Positions 48,519 to 57,898 of a stretch of DNA of 60,678 bases are shown here, one piece after another. The stretch is from Lactobacillales bacterium (GTDB taxonomy: Bacteria > Bacillota > Bacilli > Lactobacillales > Vagococcaceae). The position numbers and the translations under genes were made by a program. The notes beneath the pieces are model-generated. The model did no database searches and was not told the origin of the DNA. It saw only the letters and a list, made by a program, of their open reading frames with translations. Every line of letters begins with the position of its first letter. Position 1 is the stretch's first letter. Location of the stretch: the NCBI GenBank assembly GCA_015654945.1, contig JAATGB010000166.1, positions 1-60,678 of the forward strand, written 5' to 3'.

Positions 48519-49811
48519 ATGTCATCAGTAGTTGTTGTAGGAACACAATGGGGCGATGAAGGTAAGGGAAAGATTACCGATTTTTTGAGTGAAAATGCAG
48601 AAGTAATTGCGCGTTATCAAGGTGGAGATAATGCAGGTCACACAATTAAATTTGGTGGAACAACTTACAAACTTCATTTAATTCCATCAGGTATTTTTTA
48701 TGCGGATAAAATTAGTGTTATTGGGAATGGTGTCGTAATTAATCCGAAATCCTTGGTGAAAGAGCTTCAATATCTTGCTGAAAATAAGGTTGTAACCGAT
48801 AATTTGCGGATATCAGATCGTGCGCACGTGATTTTACCGTATCATATTAAGCTTGATCAGTTGCAAGAAGACGGCAAAGGTGTAAATAAAATTGGCACAA
48901 CGATTAAAGGAATTGGGCCAGCTTATATGGATAAAGCAGCGCGTGTTGGAATTCGGATTGCTGACCTATTAGACAGGGAAATATTTGAAGAAAGGCTCCG
49001 TTATAATTTAGAAGATAAAAATCGTCAATTTGTTAAAATGTTTGATAGTGAACCGCTTGAATTTGACGATATTTTTGAAGAATATTATGAATATGGACAA
49101 CAAATCAAAAAATATGTAACGGATACTTCTGTTATTTTGAATGATGCACTGGATGAAGGTCGACGTGTATTGTTTGAAGGAGCGCAAGGCGTTATGCTCG
49201 ATATTGATCAAGGGACTTATCCATATGTGACTTCATCAAATCCTGTAGCTGGCGGTGTGACAATAGGCAGCGGTGTTGGCCCTTCCAAAATTAATAAAGT
49301 TGTAGGTGTCTGTAAAGCTTATACTTCCCGTGTAGGAGATGGTCCGTTTCCGACTGAACTATCTGATGTAACAGGAGAAAGAATTCGTAAGGTGGGACGT
49401 GAGTACGGAACAACGACAGGGAGACCTCGTCGGGTTGGCTGGTTTGATAGTGTTGTCATGCGTCATTCGAAACGCGTTTCCGGAATCACAAATCTTTCAT
49501 TGAATTCAATTGATGTTCTTAGCGGCTTAGAAACGGTTAAAATCTGTACAGCATATGAGCTAGATGGAACCGAAATTTATCATTATCCTGCGAGCCTTAA
49601 AGAGTTAGCAAAATGCAAACCTGTCTATGAAGAACTACCTGGTTGGTCAGAAGATATCACCCTGTGCAAAACAATTGGCGAATTACCAGAAAATGCACGT
49701 AATTATGTGCATCGAATCTCCGAATTAGTTGGTGTGCGAATTTCGACTTTTTCAGTAGGACCAGATCGTGAACAAACCAATGTTTTGGAAAGTGTCTGGG
49801 CTCAAATTTAA
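48519..49811 (+). CDS. purA: Adenylosuccinate synthetase
   Basis: [12 protein letters not shown]-loop; GTTGRGIGP-like [17 protein letters not shown]. Confidence 0.96.
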   Translation: MSSVVVVGTQWGDEGKGKITDFLSENAEVIARYQGGDNAGHTIKFGGTTYKLHLIPSGIFYADKISVIGNGVVINPKSLVKELQYLAENKVVTDNLRISDRAHVILPYHIKLDQLQEDGKGVNKIGTTIKGIGPAYMDKAARVGIRIADLLDREIFEERLRYNLEDKNRQFVKMFDSEPLEFDDIFEEYYEYGQQIKKYVTDTSVILNDALDEGRRVLFEGAQGVMLDIDQGTYPYVTSSNPVAGGVTIGSGVGPSKINKVVGVCKAYTSRVGDGPFPTELSDVTGERIRKVGREYGTTTGRPRRVGWFDSVVMRHSKRVSGITNLSLNSIDVLSGLETVKICTAYELDGTEIYHYPASLKELAKCKPVYEELPGWSEDITLCKTIGELPENARNYVHRISELVGVRISTFSVGPDREQTNVLESVWAQI

Positions 49812-49894
49812 AAAAGAACACAAAATTAGGATAAAAGTTGATCAAGTACTAACGAAGTGAGCTGCTTCGTTTCCAGCGGTTATTCGTATTTAAA

Positions 49895-49935
49895 GGGTCT
49901 GTGGCATAAAGTAACATTATGCCGCAGGCCCTTTT
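49895..49935 (+). terminator. Intrinsic terminator downstream of purA
   Basis: GGGTCTGTGGCATAA..TTATGCCGCAGGCCC followed by TTTT. Confidence 0.75.
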
Positions 49936-50082
49936 CGAGATGGAATAGCTGTGAGCAGAGTTGGCGAAACAGCTAATTCTAAGAAATAAAAAAATTTTTA
50001 TAAAAATTAACCTTTAAACAAAGTATAAATAAGCTTTCTATGATAAAATAAATTAAAATAAAATTGTGATGGGTGTGGCGGA

Positions 50083-50949
50083 ATGTTTAAAATAATGACA
50101 GACTCATGTTGTGATTTACCTAATGAAATTTTACAAGAAAACCAAATAAAATTTGTAAGCATGATTGTAAATATTGAGGGAAAAGACTACGTTGATGATT
50201 TAGGTAAAACTTTTCAAAGTGACTGGTTAATGGAAGAGCTGAAATCTGGGAAACTGCCAACCACTTCTCAAATCAATATCGGCGCCTATTTAGAGATCTT
50301 TAAAACGTATCTGAATAGCGAAGAACCTGTCCTTTACTTAGCGTTTTCTTCTGGATTAAGCGGATCTTACCGGAACGCAGTGAGTGCACTTGAGATGCTT
50401 GAAGAAGAACATGGCGAATTGCCAATTAGTATCTTGGATACAAAAGCAGCCTGTTTGGGGCAAGGTTTACTAGTGTTGGAGGCCATTCGTTTGCGAGAAG
50501 AAGGGTATTCGATTGAGGAAGCTATTTTATGGCTAGAAGAATATAAAATGAAACTTCATTCATGGGTTACGGTAGATGACATCAAACACTTAGAACGCGG
50601 TGGTCGTATATCGAAAGGTGCAGCGACAGTTGCAACTGTGTTGAATATTAAACCGATTATTATCGTTGATGCGAATGGAAAATTGGTCAATGTTGGAAAG
50701 GTTCGTGGTCGCAAGAAGTCACTTGATAAATTAGTAGAGGAAACAGTGAAAACGATTCTGTATCCGGAGAAACAGACGATTCTTGTTGCATACGCAGGAG
50801 ACAAAGAATCTGCTCAACGTGTTCAAGCAAAATTGCAGATAAAAACACAAGCAAAAAAAATTCAGTTACTACCAATGGGACCAACGATTGCTAGCCATAC
50901 TGGTTATGGTGCTATTGCCGTTTTCTCTTTTGGTGTCGAAAGAAAATAA
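50083..50949 (+). CDS. DegV family fatty-acid-binding protein
   Basis: 288 aa; MTDSCCDLP opening; SSGLSGSY motif. Confidence 0.9.
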   Translation: MFKIMTDSCCDLPNEILQENQIKFVSMIVNIEGKDYVDDLGKTFQSDWLMEELKSGKLPTTSQINIGAYLEIFKTYLNSEEPVLYLAFSSGLSGSYRNAVSALEMLEEEHGELPISILDTKAACLGQGLLVLEAIRLREEGYSIEEAILWLEEYKMKLHSWVTVDDIKHLERGGRISKGAATVATVLNIKPIIIVDANGKLVNVGKVRGRKKSLDKLVEETVKTILYPEKQTILVAYAGDKESAQRVQAKLQIKTQAKKIQLLPMGPTIASHTGYGAIAVFSFGVERK

Positions 50950-51006
50950 AAAAAGAAAATGATTTCGGTAAAACGAAGCCATTTTCTTTTTATTTCAATT
51001 ATAGTT

Positions 51007-52632
51007 TTACGCTTCAAATAAAAGCGTTAATTGTTTTTGAATATCTTTATTCTCTAAAAATTCATCATATGTGATTTCAGCACGATCAACAACGCCTTTA
51101 TCAGATACTGCAACAATTCGATTTGCTAAAGTTTGAATAAATTGATGATCATGTGAAGCAAATAAAATTGCGCCTTTAAAGGCAATTAAGCCATCATTTA
51201 ACGCAGTTATTGACTCTAAGTCTAGATGGTTTGTTGGGTCATCTAAGACAAGCACATTTGATTTGGATAACATTAGCTTAGATAACATACAACGGACTTT
51301 TTCTCCACCAGATAAAACATTGACGGATTTCAATACTTCTTCACCAGAAAACAACATTCTTCCTAAAAAACTACGTAAAAAAGTATTGTCGTTTTCTTCT
51401 TTTGATGCATATTGACGTAACCAATCCAAAATCGTTAACTCATTATCAAACTCTTTGGATGTATCTTTAGGAAGATATGCTTGTGAGGTAGTAACTCCCC
51501 AACGAACCGTGCCTGAATCAGGTTCCATATCACCCATAATGATTTTAAAAAGAGTGGTGGTTGTAATATCATTGTTTGCGACAAATGCCACTTTATCATT
51601 TTTATTTAAAGAAAAAGAGATATTATCTAGAATTTTTTTCCCATCAATTGTTTTCGAAACATTTTCTAATTGCAGAAGATCATTGCCAATTTCACGTTCT
51701 GGTTGGAAACCAACAAAAGGATAGCGACGAGAAGAGGGTTGAATGTCATCTAATGTAATCTTTTCAAGCATTTTTTTCCGCGATGTCGCTTGTTTTGATT
51801 TCGAAGCGTTCGCACTAAATCGGGCAATGAAGTCTTGTAGCTCTTTAATTTGTTCCTCTTTTTTTGAATTTTGATCTGATTGCAATCTTGTAGCAAGTTG
51901 GCTTGATTCTAACCAAAAATCATAATTTCCAACATAAAGCTTAATTTTTCCAAAATCAAGATCTGCCATATGTGTGCAAACTTTGTTTAAAAAATGTCGA
52001 TCATGGGATACGATAATTACTGTGTTTTCAAAATTAATCAAAAACTCTTCCAACCAAGCAATCGAGGCTGTATCTAATCCATTTGTCGGTTCATCCAGTA
52101 ACAGCACATCTGGTTTGCCAAATAAGGCTTGCGCAAGTAATACTTTTACTTTTTGTCCAGCAGGCAATTCGGCCATCTTTAAAGAATGCAGCTTCTCTGG
52201 AATATTTAAGCCTTGTAGTAAAGTTGCCGCTTCAGGTTCTGCTTCCCAACCATCCAGTTCAGCAAACTCGCCTTCTAATTCTGCAGCACGGATTCCATCC
52301 TCATCAGAAAAATTTTCCTTCATATAAATAGCATCTTTTTCTTGCATGATTTCGTAGAGCCGCTTATGCCCCATGATGACAGTTTCCAAAACCGTATAAC
52401 TTTCAAAATCAAAATGATTTTGGTTTAACGTTGCTAAGCGCTCGTTTGGTCCCATGGATATATTTCCAGTGGTGGGTTGAATGGATCCTTCTAAAATTTT
52501 TAAAAATGTCGATTTTCCGGCGCCGTTTGCACCAATTAATCCATAACAGTCTCCTGGAGTGAACTTAATATTAACATCCTCAAAAAGTTTGCGGTCTGAA
52601 AAAAGTAAGCTAACATTCGTAACAGTAATCAT
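51007..52632 (-). CDS. ABC-F family ATPase (YbiT-like, two NBDs and no TM domain)
   Basis: 541 aa; duplicated Walker A/signature/Walker B (GANGAGKST..LLLDEPTN and LSGGEKVR..LVLDDPTN) with an inter-domain linker. Confidence 0.92.
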   Translation of the reverse strand: MITVTNVSLLFSDRKLFEDVNIKFTPGDCYGLIGANGAGKSTFLKILEGSIQPTTGNISMGPNERLATLNQNHFDFESYTVLETVIMGHKRLYEIMQEKDAIYMKENFSDEDGIRAAELEGEFAELDGWEAEPEAATLLQGLNIPEKLHSLKMAELPAGQKVKVLLAQALFGKPDVLLLDEPTNGLDTASIAWLEEFLINFENTVIIVSHDRHFLNKVCTHMADLDFGKIKLYVGNYDFWLESSQLATRLQSDQNSKKEEQIKELQDFIARFSANASKSKQATSRKKMLEKITLDDIQPSSRRYPFVGFQPEREIGNDLLQLENVSKTIDGKKILDNISFSLNKNDKVAFVANNDITTTTLFKIIMGDMEPDSGTVRWGVTTSQAYLPKDTSKEFDNELTILDWLRQYASKEENDNTFLRSFLGRMLFSGEEVLKSVNVLSGGEKVRCMLSKLMLSKSNVLVLDDPTNHLDLESITALNDGLIAFKGAILFASHDHQFIQTLANRIVAVSDKGVVDRAEITYDEFLENKDIQKQLTLLFEA

Positions 52633-53533
52633 TTATTTCCTCTATTCTTTCATTTCATAGGTGTCAGATCAATCTCTTTGAATTATAACGGTGAATCTAA
52701 GCTTTTTCAAGGTTTTCAGAAAAATATAGTTCTTTTTGCACGAAAAGAAACAGAAAGTAATGAATAAAAGAAAATAAAAAAGAGTAATTATTAAAAATCT
52801 ATTATAAATCGTTAATTTTTTTACAAAAAGGAGAGTGGGCTACGAACAAAAAAGATAATTCAAAAAAAGATTGAAAAATAAAAAAAAATAGAGTATTATG
52901 AAAATTGAATATAGCTTACTTTTATTGTAGTTTAATTGTTTCAATCATTTTGTTTTTAATGAAAATTCATCATGTACTATGCACATGATGAATTTATTTC
53001 TTTTAGCATTGTTTTATAAAACGATGGATAAAAATAGTGTGTTTTTGGGAAAATAAAAAATAAGTTGTATATGAAAATGGTTATTGTCAACGTTTTTTGT
53101 TTAATTATTGTATATTTTTTAATTTAAATATAGAGCAAAAAAACATGTTTCAGCACATGTGAGCAATTTCGAATAGCTGTTGCAGAAGCTCCCGCGGGTA
53201 TTCCAGAAGACGCAGCTCTTTCTAGTATCGAGTGAGAGCAGGCAATCGTTTGATTATGAGCGCAAGTTAAATTTAAGCATAATAGCACAATACGTACGAC
53301 AGTCAACTTTACCAATAAAGAAAAGCCTCTAACGAACAAAGTGGAAATGGTGCAAGTATCCAAAATAATATCTATAAAATTAGCGATACTTGGCAGGCAA
53401 CACTGTCGGTGATGGAGAAAATTTATAGTTGATACGAGGAACCGTTCCTCAAGAAGGAAACTCTCAGGGGAATTTACGTGGCCAAAAAAAGTGCTGCTAA
53501 GTAAGAGAAATGGATAAAGGATGCGTTTAAAGA

Positions 53534-53848
53534 ATGAATAGCAAGTGGATAAAAATAAAAAAAACAGTGATAGCATTCTTTCTTATTTTATTAATGTTCT
53601 TATCAAAGAGTACATTTGCAGAAGAGAATGGGGGACAAATGGGCGTTCCAGGAGAGCTTGATTTTTATTATGAGTCCACGGAAACGACCACATCTTCTTC
53701 GAAAGAAAAAAAAGAAGAGAAAAAAGGTTTTTTACCAAAAACCGGAATGAAGCAAGATCTACAAGTAACAATCGGCGGCGGGATTTTAGTCAGTATTGCT
53801 TTTGTGTTGATTAGCGAGAAAAAAAGAAAGATAGCGAGAAACAGGTGA
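53534..53848 (+). CDS. Small LPXTG-anchored surface protein (CscD-like) of the WxL cluster
   Basis: 104 aa; signal peptide; LPKTG, TM segment and KKRK tail. Confidence 0.8.
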   Translation: MNSKWIKIKKTVIAFFLILLMFLSKSTFAEENGGQMGVPGELDFYYESTETTTSSSKEKKEEKKGFLPKTGMKQDLQVTIGGGILVSIAFVLISEKKRKIARNR

Positions 53849-53859
53849 GGAGATAGAGC

Positions 53860-54651
53860 ATGAATGTGAATAAAAAAATATTTTCCCTTGCGATACTCGC
53901 TTGTCTTATAGGAAACGCTCGAATTGCTGAGGCAGAAAATGGACAAACGATACAAGGCAAGGGAACTATTGAGTACGAAAAACATGATTGGGAAACCAAA
54001 CCGTTAGATCCAGAAAAACCTGAGAACGAAGTAGAACTATCAGGAGAATATGGTAAGACAACTGGCCCACTTAGATTAGATGTTATTCCCACTCTTAATT
54101 TTGGTCAAGTCGCGATTTCTTCTGAGGATAAAACCTATCATGTGAATGCACAGCTTTTCAAAGATGAAACTCCAGCAAGAGGAAATTATGTGCAAGTGAC
54201 AGATACTAGAGGGACTTTGGCGGGGTGGCAGTTAGCCGTAAAGCAAGAAAAACAATTTGTTTCTCAAGATGATGAAAAGGCAGAGCTAAAAGGAGCAATT
54301 CTTTCTTTTGATAAACAGTGGGCCAATTCGACTTTTGACGCAAACTATGCACCTAAGATTGCGAAGGATACGATAAAGATTGATCAGATGGGTACCACTT
54401 ACCCAGTCGCAACAGCCGAGGTAGGGAAAGGTTCAGGAACATGGACGATTGAATTTGGTTCTTCAGAAGCAACATTGAAAGAAGTTCTTAATGCAGATAA
54501 GACACCCGTTACCGATCCAATATCAGGTGGAAAACCAATGTATAAAAATCAAGCGATTACGCTGTTTGTCCCGGGTAAGACAAAAAAAGAGCCAAAAAAA
54601 TATCAAACTGTGCTAACTTGGACGATCTCTGAGCTACCACAAAATGAATAA
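53860..54651 (+). CDS. WxL-domain surface protein (CscB-like)
   Basis: 263 aa; signal peptide; GTLAGWQLAV and C-terminal LTWTISELP WxL motifs. Confidence 0.85.
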   Translation: MNVNKKIFSLAILACLIGNARIAEAENGQTIQGKGTIEYEKHDWETKPLDPEKPENEVELSGEYGKTTGPLRLDVIPTLNFGQVAISSEDKTYHVNAQLFKDETPARGNYVQVTDTRGTLAGWQLAVKQEKQFVSQDDEKAELKGAILSFDKQWANSTFDANYAPKIAKDTIKIDQMGTTYPVATAEVGKGSGTWTIEFGSSEATLKEVLNADKTPVTDPISGGKPMYKNQAITLFVPGKTKKEPKKYQTVLTWTISELPQNE

Positions 54652-54665
54652 AGGAGGAAACAGAA

Positions 54666-55505
54666 GTGAAAAAGCAAAAAATAGTTAAAGCGTTGGCTCT
54701 TTCAGCAATTTTGTTGGGAGTATTTGCAAGTGCGTCACCCGCGTTTGCAGCAAATGGAAAATGATTAGTAGGAAAAGGTGTTATTCAGTATGAGGAAGAT
54801 ACATCTATCAATGCGTTGCTTGATCCCGAAGTAGATGAACCAGTCATTATTTATTCTGCAGAAGGGGAAGAACAAAGTGAAGAGGGAAATCTAACGGTCG
54901 ATTGGGTTTCTAAATTAGATTTTGGTACACAAAAAGTAACCTCAAATAAAGGATTATACTATGCAAACCATGTAGGAGTAACAGAATTAGCAACAGATAT
55001 TGATGGGAATGTTGTCGTGGATGAAAGTGGCAATCCGGTTCCTGCAAAAGATGCTGATGGCAAGGTATTACCAAAAAGAGAACGCGGTGTTTTTGTTCAG
55101 GTAACGGACAAACGTGCAGGGGATGCCAAAGGATGGACTCTTTCAGCAAAGATGACCAAACAATTTACAAATGCTAATGGGAAAGTGTTAACAGGTTCAA
55201 CAATTACCTTTGCAAATCCGCATGTCCGGACCGTTTCTTCTTACCAACCAAATTTCGTGTCTACATTTACGTTAGAAGCTGATAAATCAGCTACGGCAGA
55301 TATCTTGAAATCAGATGTTGCCAAAGGGTTTGGTACGTATTCAATTGAATTCGGTAAATCAGATCAAAAAGCGGCTAATGGAGGCGATGCTGTAGATAAT
55401 TCTGTTCAATTGATGGTTCCTGCGAATACACCGATTGAAGTAGGAGCAGCAAGCGCGTACGAAGCTGAAATTACGTGGACAATTTCTGAGTTACCAACAG
55501 TATAA
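54666..55505 (+). pseudogene. WxL-domain surface protein paralogue with in-frame TGA at codon 33 (54762-54764)
   Basis: GTG 54666 after AAAGGAGGA encodes a signal peptide VKKQKIVKALALSAILLGVFASASPAFA. It is in frame with ORF 54816-55505 (GWTLSAK, ITWTISELP). The region around the stop aligns with ..AENGQTIQGKGTIEY of the upstream paralogue. Confidence 0.8.
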
Positions 55506-55639
55506 TTTTTATTTCTGTTAACTATGCAAAAGATTAATAGGAAAAAGGAACAAACGAATCGACTAATTTTGGACACTAATTATTGTAGGCTAACTACATG
55601 ATAGTTAGTGTCCTTACTTTGAATTTGGAGGGAAATGTG

Positions 55640-56710
55640 GTGAAAATATTTAAAAATAGCTTGATTCTTATTTTCTGTTTTAGTTGTCTTCTTTTCAAAG
55701 GAGAGAAAGTGAAGGCAGAAGAGGACGCAAATTCAGGTGGCTTTACATATGAGCTGGTAAAACCAGATAATCACCAAGGAGGTCCGGCATTAAATTTAAG
55801 ATTAGCAGCAGGTGAAAAGCAAAATTTACATTTTAAGTTGAAAAATTATGCTAAAACAGAAACAGTAATCAATATAAAAATTGCCGGAGCAAGAACGAAC
55901 AACGTTGGTGGGTTGGAATATGGACCTAACAAGTTTAAAGAAGATAGCTCGTTGAAGTATGACTTGACAGATCTGGTAAAAATTCCGGAATCGATTACTT
56001 TGCAACCAGAAGAAGAAGTGGAAGTACCGATAGAAATAAATATGCCGGAGGTAGGTTTTGATGGCGTGGTTTTAGGTGGCGTGCAGCTGCAAGAAAGCGA
56101 TAGTGAAAATAAAGAAGAAAAATCAGAAGGTCAATCAGTTGTTAATAAGCTTGCTTATTTGTTTGGAATGGTCATTTCAGAGAACGATAAAAAAGTTACT
56201 CCGAAGCTTTCACTCAAAAAAGTTTATCCAGAGTTATCTAATTATACAAATGCAATCTTTGTGGATATGGCGAATACAAAAGCTACTTTGATTAACGATA
56301 TGGTAACCGAAGTTCAAATCATGAAACGTGGTCAAAGTACTAGCTTGTATGAAAGTAAAAAAACAAATATGAAAATGGCACCTAATAGCATCATTCAGTA
56401 CCCTGTTAGTCTAGATCGAAGTAAGATGGTTGCTGGTAAGTATACTGCACATATTAGTGTTGTCTATGACGGTCAGAAAAAGTCTTGGACGAAAGACTTT
56501 GCCATTACAACAGAAGAAGCGGATAAATTTAATGAGCAAGATGTAAATTTACTTCAAGAAAGAGGAATCGATTGGAAACCGATTGTTTTTGCGGTTGCTG
56601 GAGTTGTTGGAATAATACTAGTGATTGTTATCATTGGTAAAAGTATTCAAGGACGAAAAAAGTCAAAAAAACCTCAAAAGTCCCCAAAAATACGAAAAAA
56701 AAGTAGGTAA
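55640..56710 (+). CDS. DUF916/DUF3324-type cell-surface protein (CscA-like) with C-terminal membrane anchor
   Basis: Signal peptide; GGFTYELVKPDN opening typical of the family; C-terminal TM plus K/R tail; GTG 55640 lies 7 nt after GGAGGG. Confidence 0.8.
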   Translation: MKIFKNSLILIFCFSCLLFKGEKVKAEEDANSGGFTYELVKPDNHQGGPALNLRLAAGEKQNLHFKLKNYAKTETVINIKIAGARTNNVGGLEYGPNKFKEDSSLKYDLTDLVKIPESITLQPEEEVEVPIEINMPEVGFDGVVLGGVQLQESDSENKEEKSEGQSVVNKLAYLFGMVISENDKKVTPKLSLKKVYPELSNYTNAIFVDMANTKATLINDMVTEVQIMKRGQSTSLYESKKTNMKMAPNSIIQYPVSLDRSKMVAGKYTAHISVVYDGQKKSWTKDFAITTEEADKFNEQDVNLLQERGIDWKPIVFAVAGVVGIILVIVIIGKSIQGRKKSKKPQKSPKIRKKSR

Positions 56711-56716
56711 TAGGCG

Positions 56717-57376
56717 ATGACAAAACTGGAATGGATTTTTTCAATACTACTTGTTGTAGGAGCTGTACTTACATTTATCTGGTTGTTATTATTATTTTTT
56801 CAAAGTCGTAAAACAAGTGATATTAAATATTTAGAAAGAAAAAAAAAGAAAAGAAAATCAAGTAGCAAAACAACTAAAAAAGCAATAGACAAATTGAAAA
56901 TGAGTCGTAAAAAACAATGGAAATGGATTGGACTCACTTTTTTAGCAGCTCTCAGTTGTTTCTCTGGTAGCGCGTACGTTAAGTACTACGAATTAACGAC
57001 TCTTTCGGAAGAAGATACTTATGCAATTGTGCAATCGTATTATTTGTTAAATGAGATGGAAACGCAATTAACTAAAGTATCAAATGAAGGCTTTGTTAGC
57101 GAAAAAGTTCAAAATAATATTGATGCAGTTTCTGTTCGATTAGCCAGTTATACAGTAAAACAAGGAAGCGATCGTAATAATATTGAAGGTCAGACTCTAT
57201 TAAATAAATACTATGCTTCCATGGGACAATTGGGCGTTAATATCTCTGCTCAAAAAGAATTAAATCAAGAAAAAACAACGGAATTAATAGCAGATATTAA
57301 AAATAGTAAAAAATCTCAAAAAAAAGTATTGCTTTATTTTGAAATTAATGAACAATCTTTAAAGCAAAAACAATAG
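56717..57376 (+). CDS. Two-TM membrane protein of unknown function, last intact gene of the WxL cluster
   Basis: 219 aa; TM1 residues about 6-27, lysine-rich loop, TM2, then a helical extracytoplasmic domain. No family recognised. Confidence 0.55.
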   Translation: MTKLEWIFSILLVVGAVLTFIWLLLLFFQSRKTSDIKYLERKKKKRKSSSKTTKKAIDKLKMSRKKQWKWIGLTFLAALSCFSGSAYVKYYELTTLSEEDTYAIVQSYYLLNEMETQLTKVSNEGFVSEKVQNNIDAVSVRLASYTVKQGSDRNNIEGQTLLNKYYASMGQLGVNISAQKELNQEKTTELIADIKNSKKSQKKVLLYFEINEQSLKQKQ

Positions 57377-57393
57377 AAAATTTGTTGAAGGCG

Positions 57394-57713
57394 ATGAAAA
57401 AGCTAAAAAGTAATTTGAAGTCGGCGATAGCTGTGTTTATTTGCTTATTAGTAGTTGTCAGTTTCTATGGGGAAATTAACTGCGCTTCATTGGTTTATAT
57501 AAATACGTCCGGATCAAGTAAAGGGTCGCTTCGATGAGTTATTGTGGAATTATGTTGATGCCGGATTTTAGATCGGAAGAAGTATGTGATGTAAGCGAAG
57601 CTCCCAAAGATAAATCGTTTGTTTTAGGTGATAATAGGCAAAATGCTACAAATAGTCGAGCATACGGCTTGATCGATAAAAAAGATGAACGAGGGATTGC
57701 TTTTCAAATTTAA
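57394..57713 (+). pseudogene. Decayed type I signal peptidase
   Basis: N-terminal TM ORF (57394-57537) and a frame-shifted ORF (57534-57713) carrying Box E FVLGDNRQNATNSRAYGLI. Catalytic Ser and Lys boxes are absent. Total is about 106 codons versus about 180 expected. Confidence 0.55.
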
Positions 57714-57848
57714 GAATCCGACGCAACAAAAATAGATAATAAAAACAATTATCAAAATAGCCTTATTTTTAAGGGCAGATTTGTACTTATTTTTAGTGTG
57801 GTTCATTTCTTTAGAAAGTAAACATTCTCACTTTCTATTGTACATAAT

Positions 57849-57898
57849 AAAACAGCCGTTCATTTCAGATTAAGCTTTTTGAAATGAACGGCTGTTTT
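57849..57898. terminator. Bidirectional terminator
   Basis: Perfect 18-bp stem, AAAACAGCCGTTCATTTC with GAAATGAACGGCTGTTTT. Confidence 0.9.

Noticed and set aside
53124-53576. 150-aa minus-strand ORF in the gap before the WxL operon
   Set aside because: The composition is implausible (many Cys, His, Leu and Phe). The single Met lies inside the neighbouring gene and there is no RBS. It is treated as part of a relic or non-coding island.
54762-54764. Possibility that the in-frame TGA codons (here and at 29003) are recoded as Trp (genetic code 4) or as selenocysteine
   Set aside because: TGA clearly terminates conserved genes in this window (metG, recF). I saw no SECIS-like hairpin after either site, and the third lesion is TAA.
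57624-57806. 60-aa minus-strand ORF with a hydrophobic stretch
   Set aside because: It overlaps the signal peptidase relic on the other strand and has no convincing RBS. It is probably spurious, though a small membrane peptide cannot be excluded.
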